Shown here piece after piece: positions 46,054 through 54,578 of a stretch of DNA of 64,000 nt; positions within the stretch are counted from its first letter, which is position 1; each line of letters opens with the position of its first letter. Location of the stretch: NCBI GenBank assembly GCA_052387955.1, contig JBQTIQ010000018.1, positions 1,994 through 65,993 of the forward strand. Reading direction: 5' to 3'. Origin of the DNA: Acidimicrobiia bacterium. GTDB lineage: Bacteria; Actinomycetota; Acidimicrobiia; Acidimicrobiales; JACDCH01. The notes below the pieces were generated by a model. That model had not been told where the DNA came from. It searched no databases and saw only the letters and a program-made list of their open reading frames with translations. Position numbers and translations under genes: made by a program.

Positions 46054-48540
46054 TTGAGTAACCGAATTCGAAGGGGGGCAGTAGGCCTGCTGGCGGGTAC
46101 AACCGCCATGCTCGGCATGGCTGTCATCGCCCCCACCGCCCAGGCCGACGAGACGGTCTCGTTCGAGCGGCTCGAAGGGCCGACTCGCTACGCCACCGCC
46201 TGCGACATCGCGGTCGAATCCTTCGGCACGGCTACCGACGTGCTGCTCGCCCGCGGTGACCTCTTCCCCGACGCCCTGGCCGGCAGCTACCTGTCAGGCC
46301 AGCTGCAGGCGCCGATCCTGTTGACCGAGACCGCGGCCCTGACCGACGTCACCGCCGATTGCCTCGAGACCCTCGACGCCAACACCGTCCACATCCTGGG
46401 CGGCACCGTGGCTGTGGCCGCGGCCGTCGAGACCGAGCTGACGACCGCCGGTTACACCGTGAACCGGGTGGCGGGCGCCGACCGCTACGAGACGGCCCGC
46501 GAGGTCGCTCTGGCCGGTAGCACGCTGGGCGAGCACGAGGGCCTCACCACCGCCATCGTGGCGACGGGCGAGAACTTCCCCGACGCCCTGGCCGCCGGCC
46601 CCCTGGCCTACGCCCAGGACTGGCCGATCCTGCTCACCGAGACCGACACGCTCACTACGGACGCCAGCCAGACGATGGGTGAGCTCGACATCGAGCACGC
46701 CTTCATCACCGGCGGCGTCACTGCCATCGAGCAAGAGGTCGAGGACGCCATCGAGGGCAACGGTGTGACCACCGAGCGCCTCGCCGGTGCCAACCGGCGG
46801 GCCACCGCCGTCGCCATCGCCGATTTCGCCATCGACGACCTCGGCTTCAAGAACACCCACACCAACCTGGCCCGGGGCGACAACTTCCCCGACGCTCTGG
46901 CCGGTGGCCCCCATGGTGGCGAAGAGGACCCGACCACCATCGTCCTGACCGAGAGCCCCACCGTTCTCGGTACCGAGACCTGTGCCTTCCTCACCGCCCG
47001 CGAGCCCACCCTCACCGGTGCCCAGCACGCCTTCGGCGGTAGCGATGCCATCTCCGGCGCCGTGCTCTTCGAAGCCGAAGAGTGCGCCGGCGGCGACGGT
47101 GTCGGTGGCGGCGGTGGCGGCGGCGGTGGCGGTGGCGGCCAGCTCGGCGGCCCCTTCACCACCAATGCCCCCGACCTGCTCACCGCTGAGATCGTCTCGT
47201 CGGGCCCGGTCGACACCGTGCTCTACTGCTTCGACGAGATCGTCCAGAACGTCGTGTTCATCGACTTCCTGATCCAGGGCTACGAAAGTGACGACGTTGT
47301 CGCCGCCGAGTCCGCCCAGATCGACGTCGACGACAACAGGTGCGTCCTGGCCACCTTCTCGGCCGCGCTGTTCGATGCCGATGTCGAGGACTACACCATC
47401 GGTGCGGTCGATTTCGGCGCCGTCACCGACCAGGCCCTCAACCCGAACATCCAGTCGTCGCAGCCGCTCGATGGCAGCACCGTGACCGCGATCGCCGGTC
47501 GCACCAGCGCCCCCGACCTGACCTCGACGACCAAGAACAACACCCTCAACCAGGTCACCTACATCTTCGACGAGGACCTCGACGAGACCATCGCTTTCGC
47601 GAACTTCAACGGGTTCCTGTACCACGAGTCCAACGGCGACATCCACCGCGGTGACGCCATCGTGGACATCGACGACAACGAGGTGACGGTGCAGTTCACC
47701 GCCGTCGCGGGCGACCAGGTTGAAGAGGCCGTCCGGTACGGCGTGGACTTCTGCTCCATCGACGAAGAGGCCAAGCCGGCCGCGCCGGTGGGCTACAACC
47801 CGCCCTTCCAGGACTGCAACATCGAGGGCTTCACCGGGGGTACCACCACCGACCCCGACCTCGTCAGCGCTACCGCGGTCCCGGGTTCGGAGTCGCAGTA
47901 CGACTTCCTCTTCGACGAGGATGTCACCAACGTCGACCCGACCGGCTTCTTCCTCTACCCCGAGGGCACGACGCCGACCGGTGGCTTCGTCGGGTTCTAC
48001 CAGGGCGCGACCTTCTCGCGGCCGAACGCACAGACGGTGCGGGTGACGTTCCAGGACTTCCTGGGTAGCCCCATCGACTTCCCCGACGAGATCGTCCTGG
48101 CCACGGCCGACGTCTTCGCGGTCACCGCGACCGACGCCGCGGCCGACTTCAACACCATCGGGACCTCCCCCGTCGGCACTTCCGACGCCGGCCCCGGTAA
48201 CAGCGATGGCCCGGACCTCACCGACGTCGAGTTCAATGAAGCTCTCGGCGCCGTGACCTACGTCTTCGACGAGGAGATCGTCGACGACTTCCCCGGCATC
48301 TTCGTTCTCCCCGGCGACTTCTTCGTCTTCGATCTGGCCGGTACGCCGACCTTCGGTGACGTGCTCGTGAGCGTCAACGAGAACGAGGTCGTCGTCCAGT
48401 TCAACAACGCCGGCGATGTCGAAGCCGCGGTCGGTGGGGGCATCCTGCCCTTCCGTCCTGGCTTCGGTCAGGCCGGTGTCATCGACAACCAGTTCAACGG
48501 CAACCCGCTGGCCACCGAAGGTGGCGGCCCCGCGGCCTGA
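46054..48540 (+). CDS. Surface (S-layer-like) protein: signal peptide, three CWB2 cell-wall-binding repeats, poly-Gly linker, four novel ~110-aa modules
   Basis: TTG start 5 nt after the strong RBS aggagg. Signal peptide ends ...AVIAPTAQA. CWB2 motifs occur three times (R.AG.(D/N)RY.TA..., (A/R)(T/R)G.NFPDALA(A/G)G, PILLTE). A run of 12 Gly codons lies at 47104-47139. Four modules each begin with PDL and contain V(T/L)Y.FDE. Confidence 0.8.
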   Translation: MSNRIRRGAVGLLAGTTAMLGMAVIAPTAQADETVSFERLEGPTRYATACDIAVESFGTATDVLLARGDLFPDALAGSYLSGQLQAPILLTETAALTDVTADCLETLDANTVHILGGTVAVAAAVETELTTAGYTVNRVAGADRYETAREVALAGSTLGEHEGLTTAIVATGENFPDALAAGPLAYAQDWPILLTETDTLTTDASQTMGELDIEHAFITGGVTAIEQEVEDAIEGNGVTTERLAGANRRATAVAIADFAIDDLGFKNTHTNLARGDNFPDALAGGPHGGEEDPTTIVLTESPTVLGTETCAFLTAREPTLTGAQHAFGGSDAISGAVLFEAEECAGGDGVGGGGGGGGGGGGQLGGPFTTNAPDLLTAEIVSSGPVDTVLYCFDEIVQNVVFIDFLIQGYESDDVVAAESAQIDVDDNRCVLATFSAALFDADVEDYTIGAVDFGAVTDQALNPNIQSSQPLDGSTVTAIAGRTSAPDLTSTTKNNTLNQVTYIFDEDLDETIAFANFNGFLYHESNGDIHRGDAIVDIDDNEVTVQFTAVAGDQVEEAVRYGVDFCSIDEEAKPAAPVGYNPPFQDCNIEGFTGGTTTDPDLVSATAVPGSESQYDFLFDEDVTNVDPTGFFLYPEGTTPTGGFVGFYQGATFSRPNAQTVRVTFQDFLGSPIDFPDEIVLATADVFAVTATDAAADFNTIGTSPVGTSDAGPGNSDGPDLTDVEFNEALGAVTYVFDEEIVDDFPGIFVLPGDFFVFDLAGTPTFGDVLVSVNENEVVVQFNNAGDVEAAVGGGILPFRPGFGQAGVIDNQFNGNPLATEGGGPAA

Positions 48541-48579
48541 CCTGTTGTACCGCTCAGTACTATGAGCATTAGCTGAACC

Positions 48580-48613
48580 GAGAGGGCCCCGGCCACACGG
48601 CCGGGGCCCTCTC
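48580..48613 (+). terminator. Intrinsic terminator-like hairpin after the S-layer-like gene
   Basis: Perfect 15-bp stem gagagggccccggcc / ggccggggccctctc with loop acac, followed by ctttcgt. Confidence 0.75.
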
Positions 48614-48712
48614 CTTTCGTGGTGCTGGCGTCGGCCGCAACGACGGCCAGAGCGGGACGTGTTCTACAGTCGACGCCGGCTGGGACGTTCGATGTACGGG
48701 GGTGCTGGGAAC

Positions 48713-50554
48713 ATGGGTCGTGCGCGGCGGGTTGCGCCGGTGGGGCATCTCGGTGCCGCCGTCGTGCTGACGCTGGTGACGACCGCCGTCGCCACCGGGG
48801 TGGCGTTCCCGCCGGCGGAGGCGCCTGGTCCGCAGGTGGCCATGAAATCGCAGGCGCTCGCCGCCGGCCCGGCGCCGGCGGGGACGGTCTTCACCGTCGA
48901 CCTCGGGATCGGTGCCGAGATGGTCGGCTTCACCTGGGCGGGGCCGCACGCCGGGGTAGAGGTCCGTGCCCTCGACGGCGACCAACCCGATCGGCCGATG
49001 GCCATCGAAGGGCCCGAGGACGGTCCCGACCCGGGCGCGCTCGAGGACCGGGGCGGGCACCACGGCGACCCGGTGTGGCTGGGCCATGACGTGCGCCAGA
49101 TCGAGGTGCGGGTGACCGAGGGTGCTCCCGAGGACCTCACCGCCCACGCCGTCGACAGCGAAGCCCCCGCCGGCGACGGTGGCGTCGCCCTGGGCGCCCT
49201 GCCGGTGGCCGGGGCCGCCGCGCCCCTGCCCGCGCTCGCCGGCCGGGCGGCGTGGTCGGCCGACGAGTCGTGGCGCAAGGTGGCGCCGGGCTGCAACGGC
49301 AACCCCGACTACTCGAGTGGCGGCACGACCTTCGGGGTGGTGCACCACACCGCCGAGTCCAACGGCTACGGCCCGGGCGACGTACCGGCAATCATCCGGG
49401 CGATCTACCACTTCCACACCCACGTCAACGGGTGGTGCGACATCGGCTACAACTTCCTCGTCGACCGCTTCGGCGGCACGTGGGAGGGCCGGGCCGGCGG
49501 GCTCAACAAGTCGGTCATCGGCGCCCACTCGGGCGGCTTCAACACGTTCTCCACCGGCGTGGCCGTGATGGGCGACTTCACCAACGCCGACGTGCCCGCC
49601 GCCGCCTACAACTCGCTTCGGTCGGTGCTGGCCTACAAGCTCGGCCAGCACGGCATCGACCCGCTGGGCTCGACGGTCGTGGTCCCCTTTGCGAGCCCGT
49701 CGTCGCTCTTCGCCGCCAACGTCCCCGTGGTGGTGCCCAGCCTGGGCGGCCACCGCGACGTCAACGCCACCGGCTGCCCCGGCGCCAACCTCTACCGGTT
49801 GCTGCCCCGGCTCCGCCAGGACGTAGCTGCCGACATCGCCTTTCACCGCGACATCCGGTTCATGGGCGACTGGGACGGCGACGGCCTCGCCACCCCCGGC
49901 GCCTACAAGGACGGGTTCTGGATCCTGCGCAACGCCAACTCCGAAGGGCCGACCCAGATGACCGCCGTGTTCGGCGGGCCGGGGGCGCTCCCGGTGGTGG
50001 GCGACTGGAACGCCGACGGCAAGGACTCGCTCGGCGTCTACTTCGACGGCTCCGTCTACCTGCGCAACGACAACTCGACCGGCCCGCCCGACGCCGTCTT
50101 CGGCTACGGCAGCCCCGGCGACATCCCCATCGCCGGCGACTGGAACGGCGACCGCACCGACACCATCGGCATCTACCGGGCCGGCTCGTTCTTCCTAAGG
50201 AACTCGAACACGACCGGGGTGGCCGAGATGGCCTTCACCTACGGCAACCCGGCCGGCGACGCGCCGGTGGTGGGCGACTGGGACGGCGACGGCCGTGATG
50301 GCATCGGCATCTTCCGGGCCGGCACCTGGTTCCTGCGCAATTCGCTCACCAGCGGCATGGCCGACCGGTCCGTCGCCTTCGGCAACCCCAATGACACCCC
50401 CGTCCCCTACGTCGTGTCGACCAACAGCAACCCGGGCCTGCTGGGCCTGTTCGCCAGCCGCACCCAACGATGGGGGCTGGGCGTGGCCCGGGGCTCCATC
50501 TGGTACCTGAGCGACCAGGTCGGCGGCGGCGCCACCAAGACCTTCCCGTACTGA
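48713..50554 (+). CDS. N-acetylmuramoyl-L-alanine amidase (Amidase_2/PGRP) with FG-GAP-like repeats
   Basis: Signal peptide, then VVHHTAE, WCDIGYNFLVDRFG, IGAHSGGFN and GHRDVNATGCPG. About four repeats of GDW(N/D)GDG.D..G..R.G.W.LRN follow. The start ATG at 48713 is proposed. Confidence 0.8.
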   Translation: MGRARRVAPVGHLGAAVVLTLVTTAVATGVAFPPAEAPGPQVAMKSQALAAGPAPAGTVFTVDLGIGAEMVGFTWAGPHAGVEVRALDGDQPDRPMAIEGPEDGPDPGALEDRGGHHGDPVWLGHDVRQIEVRVTEGAPEDLTAHAVDSEAPAGDGGVALGALPVAGAAAPLPALAGRAAWSADESWRKVAPGCNGNPDYSSGGTTFGVVHHTAESNGYGPGDVPAIIRAIYHFHTHVNGWCDIGYNFLVDRFGGTWEGRAGGLNKSVIGAHSGGFNTFSTGVAVMGDFTNADVPAAAYNSLRSVLAYKLGQHGIDPLGSTVVVPFASPSSLFAANVPVVVPSLGGHRDVNATGCPGANLYRLLPRLRQDVAADIAFHRDIRFMGDWDGDGLATPGAYKDGFWILRNANSEGPTQMTAVFGGPGALPVVGDWNADGKDSLGVYFDGSVYLRNDNSTGPPDAVFGYGSPGDIPIAGDWNGDRTDTIGIYRAGSFFLRNSNTTGVAEMAFTYGNPAGDAPVVGDWDGDGRDGIGIFRAGTWFLRNSLTSGMADRSVAFGNPNDTPVPYVVSTNSNPGLLGLFASRTQRWGLGVARGSIWYLSDQVGGGATKTFPY

Positions 50555-50588
50555 CATTTCACCAGCTGCGCCGTGCCCACGTCGCTGA

Positions 50589-50830
50589 TCAGTGCTGCCG
50601 ATAGACATCAGCACGTGGCCGACGTGCAGGACGGTGACAACCCGGCCCCCTCGTCGATCCGGTAGAGGACCCGGAACGTCCTCCGCCGGGCGGAACGGAT
50701 GCCGTCGAGCTTGCGGCGTAGCGCTGCCGGCCTGCCATTGCGGGTGACCACCACTCGCTCGTGGTGCTGTTCGACACGGTCCACGAACTCTGAACCGGTC
50801 CTTGACGCTGCGCCGCGACTCCGTGCTCAT
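50589..50830 (-). pseudogene. Degenerate YefM/Phd antitoxin - RelE/ParE toxin relic
   Basis: On the minus strand, MSTESRRSVKDRF then (frame change) EFVDRVEQHHERVVVTRNGRPAA gives an antitoxin N-terminus. It runs directly into LDGIRSARRRTFRVLYRIDE.. and (another frame) ..ADVYRQH, a RelE C-terminus. The relic is spread over three frames with an internal deletion. Confidence 0.45.
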
Positions 50831-50961
50831 GGCCACGATCGTGCCTCGGGACTGGCCTCGTGCGTCGTCAGAGCATCCCCCTCGGGTGGCTGCCCGCCGA
50901 TTCGACCGAGCGGATACGGGAGGAGGACGGTCAGCGTGGGCGGTAAGTGTATCGTTGGTGT

Positions 50962-51165
50962 ATGTCACGCACGAACATCGACCTGGACGACGACGCCTGT
51001 CGCACGGTCATGGACCGGTTCCGCTTTTCCACCAAGCGAGACGCGGTGAACTTCGCCCTGCGCACTTTGGCGGCAGAGCCTCTCGACCTCGACGAGGCCC
51101 GCAGGATGCGGGGGAGCGGATGGGACGGTGACCTCGAAGAGCTGCGAGCAGGCCGGCCTGGATGA
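50962..51165 (+). CDS. vapB: VapB-family antitoxin (DUF2191-like)
   Basis: N-terminus MSRTNIDLDDDACRTVMDRF. ATGA overlap with vapC. Confidence 0.75.
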   Translation: MSRTNIDLDDDACRTVMDRFRFSTKRDAVNFALRTLAAEPLDLDEARRMRGSGWDGDLEELRAGRPG

Positions 51166-51551
51166 TCCTCGTCGACACGTCGGCTTGGATCGAGTTCCTG
51201 CGTGACACAGCCAGCCCGGTGTGCGCCCGGGTCGACCAGCTCCTCTCGGCCGACGTGGCGACCTGCCACCCGGTCCGGATGGAGGTCCTCGCCGGCGCCC
51301 GCAGCGAAGGGCACCTCAATGATCTCCGCCGTCTGCTGGCGCGAGCGGCCCTGCTCTCCACGGAGGCCGAGGACTACGAGGAGGCGGCCGCGTTGTACCG
51401 CCGCTGCCGCCACGGAGGTGCGACCGTCCGCAGGATGATCGACTGCCTCATCGCCGCGGTCGCCATCCGGTCCGGAGTCCCGGTCCTGCACGCCGACGCC
51501 GATTTCGAGGCTCTCGGTCGCCATACCGGGCTCGAGGTGGTGCTGGTGTGA
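51162..51551 (+). CDS. vapC: VapC PIN-domain ribonuclease toxin
   Basis: N-terminus MILVDTSAWIEFLR with the conserved acidic residues (D5, E41, D93-like, D111-like) in the PIN pattern. Confidence 0.85.
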   Translation: MILVDTSAWIEFLRDTASPVCARVDQLLSADVATCHPVRMEVLAGARSEGHLNDLRRLLARAALLSTEAEDYEEAAALYRRCRHGGATVRRMIDCLIAAVAIRSGVPVLHADADFEALGRHTGLEVVLV

Positions 51552-51644
51552 CCGATTCATGCCGGGGCCGGGGCCAGCCTCGGGCCCGGACGCCTGGCCG
51601 GCGCCAGGGACGCCGGCGGCAGCGGTACCGGCGCCTACAGTCGG

Positions 51645-52454
51645 GTGATGCGGGTGCCCCGGACCGTGGCTCGTGCTGTTGCCCGGCTCAAGCCGATGGT
51701 GCCCGCCGGGCTGTGGCCGTTCCTGCTCACGGTGCGGTCCTTCGCCGGCGACGGGCCGACGATGGGGCTACCGGCGTTCGGTCGGGTGCTGGTGGTGTCG
51801 CCCCATCCCGACGACGAGAGCCTGGGCTGCGCCGGCACCATGGCCCGGCTGGCCCGGGCTGGGGCCGTGATGCGGGTGGTGGTGGCCACCGACGGCGACG
51901 CGACCAGGGGTTCGGCGGCCAGCGGCGAGGAGACGGCCCGGCTCCGGCGGGGCGAGGTCACGGCGGCGGCGGCGCTGCTGGGGGCACAGGTGGCCTTCCT
52001 GGGGCTCACCGACGGGTCCCTCGCCGGATCGACCGGGGACCTGGTCGACGGCCTCGCCCGCCAGCTCCACCAGTTCCGGCCCGAGGTCGTCTTCGCCCCC
52101 TGGCTCCTCGACGGGCACCCCGACCACCGGGCAGTGGCGGCGGCCCTGGCCACCGCGCTGGCCGGGGACGACGGCGACTCCCGGCCCGAGGTGTGGGGCT
52201 ATGAGACCTGGACGGCGTTGGTGCCGAACCGCCTCGTCGACGTCACCGCCACCATCGAGGACAAGCGTCGGGCGCTGGCCCTGCACCGCACCGCCGGGTT
52301 GGCCATCGACCTCAGCGCCAGCATCGGGCTCAACCGGTGGCGGTCGCTGCACGGCCTGATGGGGGAGGGCTACGCCGAGGCATTCCTCGCCCTGCCGGCG
52401 GAGACCTACCTGGCCCTGGCCGACGAGCTGGCCCGTCCTGCCCCGGCGAACTGA
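51645..52454 (+). CDS. PIG-L/LmbE-family deacetylase
   Basis: Motifs VLVVSPHPDDESLGCAGTM and HPDHRAVA. Confidence 0.75.
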   Translation: MMRVPRTVARAVARLKPMVPAGLWPFLLTVRSFAGDGPTMGLPAFGRVLVVSPHPDDESLGCAGTMARLARAGAVMRVVVATDGDATRGSAASGEETARLRRGEVTAAAALLGAQVAFLGLTDGSLAGSTGDLVDGLARQLHQFRPEVVFAPWLLDGHPDHRAVAAALATALAGDDGDSRPEVWGYETWTALVPNRLVDVTATIEDKRRALALHRTAGLAIDLSASIGLNRWRSLHGLMGEGYAEAFLALPAETYLALADELARPAPAN

Positions 52455-53731
52455 CGGGCCGGAGCGGGCCCGGGCGACGGTGTGGCCCGCACCTTGGTGA
52501 TGGCGTGGTGGTCGACGGCGAGGACCTGCAGCACCCAGCCGTTCACCTCGGCGCGGTCCCCGGGGCGGTCGGGGAGGCGGTCGAGACGGTCGAGGATGAA
52601 GCCGGCCACCGTGGTGTAGGGGCCGTCGGGCACTCCGACGATGCCGACGTCGACGAGGTCGTGGACCGGGAAGCGGCCCGGAAGGATCAACGAGCCACCA
52701 GGGCCGTGGTCCACGCCGAGGACGTCGCGGTCGGTCTCGTCCTGGATCTCGCCGACCAGCTCCTCCACCAGGTCCTCGACGGTCACGATCCCGTCGGCCG
52801 CCCCGTGCTCGTCGACCACCACCGCCAGCTGCGCCCGCCGGGCCTGCAACTCGTGGAGGGCGTCGAGCACCAGGGCCGACTCGGCCAGCGCCGGTACCGG
52901 CGACGCCAGCTCCCCGGTCGGCCGGTCGCCGCCGTCGAGCAGGTCGCGCAGATGGACCACCCCGACGACGTCGTCGAGGTTGGCGCCGGGGGCCACCGGC
53001 GCCCGGGAGTGCCCGCTCGCCGCCAGCGCCGCCAATCCGTCCCTCGCCGGCCGGTCGGCATCGAGGACGAACACGTCGGGGCGGGGCCGGAGCACCTCGG
53101 CCAGTCGGCGTTCGGCAACCTCGAACGCTCCCTCGATGATGAGGCGCTGCTTGGCCGTGAAGGCGGTCTGGGCGGCGACGAGGTCGCGCACCTCCTCGTC
53201 GGTGACGGCCTCGCGTTGGCGGGTCGGGTCGGCACCCAGCAGCCGCACCACCAGGTCGGCGGACCGCGACAGCATCCACACGACCGGGCGCATGAGACGG
53301 GCCACGGCACTCAGGGGACGGGCGGCGGCGAGCGCCCATCCCTCGGCGCGCTGCATCGCCACCCGCTTCGGGGCCAGCTCCCCGAGCACCAGCGTGGCGT
53401 AGGCCAAAGCCAGGGTGACCACGACGACGGCCACCGGCTCGGCGGCCCCGCCGAGGAACGCCAGCGGCTCCCGAAACGGCTCGGCCAACGAGACCGCCGC
53501 CGCCGCCGAGGCCAGGAACCCGGCGAGGGTGATCCCGATCTGGATGGTGGCCAGGAACCGGTTCGGGTCGCGGGCCAGCCGGGCCACCAAGGCGCCACGG
53601 GCGGATTCGGCCTCCAGCCGTCGCAGCTGGCCCTCGCGCAGCGAGACCAGGGCGATCTCGGTGCCGGCGAAGACGGCGTTGAGCACCACCAGTACCGTGA
53701 CCAGGGCCAGCTCCGGCAGCACCGCGTTCAA
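52406..53731 (-). CDS. CNNM/CorC-type transporter (DUF21-CBS-CorC_HlyC; hemolysin-family protein)
   Basis: N-terminal DUF21 membrane domain (LNAVFAGTEIALVSL), a CBS pair and a C-terminal transporter-associated domain. Confidence 0.85.
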   Translation of the reverse strand: MNAVLPELALVTVLVVLNAVFAGTEIALVSLREGQLRRLEAESARGALVARLARDPNRFLATIQIGITLAGFLASAAAAVSLAEPFREPLAFLGGAAEPVAVVVVTLALAYATLVLGELAPKRVAMQRAEGWALAAARPLSAVARLMRPVVWMLSRSADLVVRLLGADPTRQREAVTDEEVRDLVAAQTAFTAKQRLIIEGAFEVAERRLAEVLRPRPDVFVLDADRPARDGLAALAASGHSRAPVAPGANLDDVVGVVHLRDLLDGGDRPTGELASPVPALAESALVLDALHELQARRAQLAVVVDEHGAADGIVTVEDLVEELVGEIQDETDRDVLGVDHGPGGSLILPGRFPVHDLVDVGIVGVPDGPYTTVAGFILDRLDRLPDRPGDRAEVNGWVLQVLAVDHHAITKVRATPSPGPAPARQFAGAGRASSSARAR

Positions 53732-53887
53732 CGCTCAGCCGTCGTCTGCCAACGGTCCCGGCGACCGTCCCGGGCCGTGGTGGACGACAGCCGGCGAGCC
53801 CGACGGCCGGCGTTCATGGTCCGCTCGCCCGCCGGCGGCGTTGACCGCTCACCTGGTGTGGCACCTTCCCTGGCCCGGAGCGGTGCG

Positions 53888-54379
53888 TCACCGGCGGGTG
53901 TGTTCGTCGTCCCGAGGCGCCCCGACCGGGCCGAGCCCGGTCGTGAGGGCCCGGACGGCGGCCGGCACCGTGTCCATGACCGGCACGAGGCGGTCGAAAT
54001 GGACGGTATCCAGCATCCGGCGCACGGCGGTTTGGCGGCACGCGACCGTGACATCGCCGTCGTGCTCCCGGACCCGGCGGATCCCGGCGATGAGGGCGCC
54101 CAGGCCGGCGGAGTCGACGAAGGTGGCCGCCGAGAGGTCGATCACGAGGCGACGAGTCCTCGACAGGGCGGTCAGCGCGGCCCGGAGGTTGCCCACGGTG
54201 ACGACGTCGAGGTCGCCGTCCGGACGGAACACGACACAGCCCTCGACGTCGTGAAGGTCGAAGGGCAGCTCGGACCGGGGGGCCGAGGGATGGGCGCTAC
54301 GCCCGACGGCGGCTGGGCGGCCGAGGTCGTCTCGGGTAGCGGAGGGCAGCTCATTGTCGAGGCAACGTCTGAACGTCAT
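53888..54379 (-). CDS. STAS-domain protein (anti-sigma-factor antagonist-like)
   Basis: Segment GDLDVVTVGNLRAALTALSRTRRLVIDLSAATFVDSAGLGALIAG. The start position is uncertain. Confidence 0.65.
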   Translation of the reverse strand: MTFRRCLDNELPSATRDDLGRPAAVGRSAHPSAPRSELPFDLHDVEGCVVFRPDGDLDVVTVGNLRAALTALSRTRRLVIDLSAATFVDSAGLGALIAGIRRVREHDGDVTVACRQTAVRRMLDTVHFDRLVPVMDTVPAAVRALTTGLGPVGAPRDDEHTRR

Positions 54380-54578
54380 GGTCGGCGCCGGCTCCTTGGG
54401 GCCGAGGTGTGGCCGGGACGGGTGCCCGGCCCGGCCTCGTCGAGTGTCGGGGGCCCAACTGAGAGCGCACCAAGAGGGAGCTGAGACTCTTCTTCGGTAG
54501 GCCGAGCGGCGTCGGCGCGAACCGGGCGCGCCGTCCGGACGCCGCCGGCCGCCCGGTGCCGTCCAGCCCCTGCCGGCC

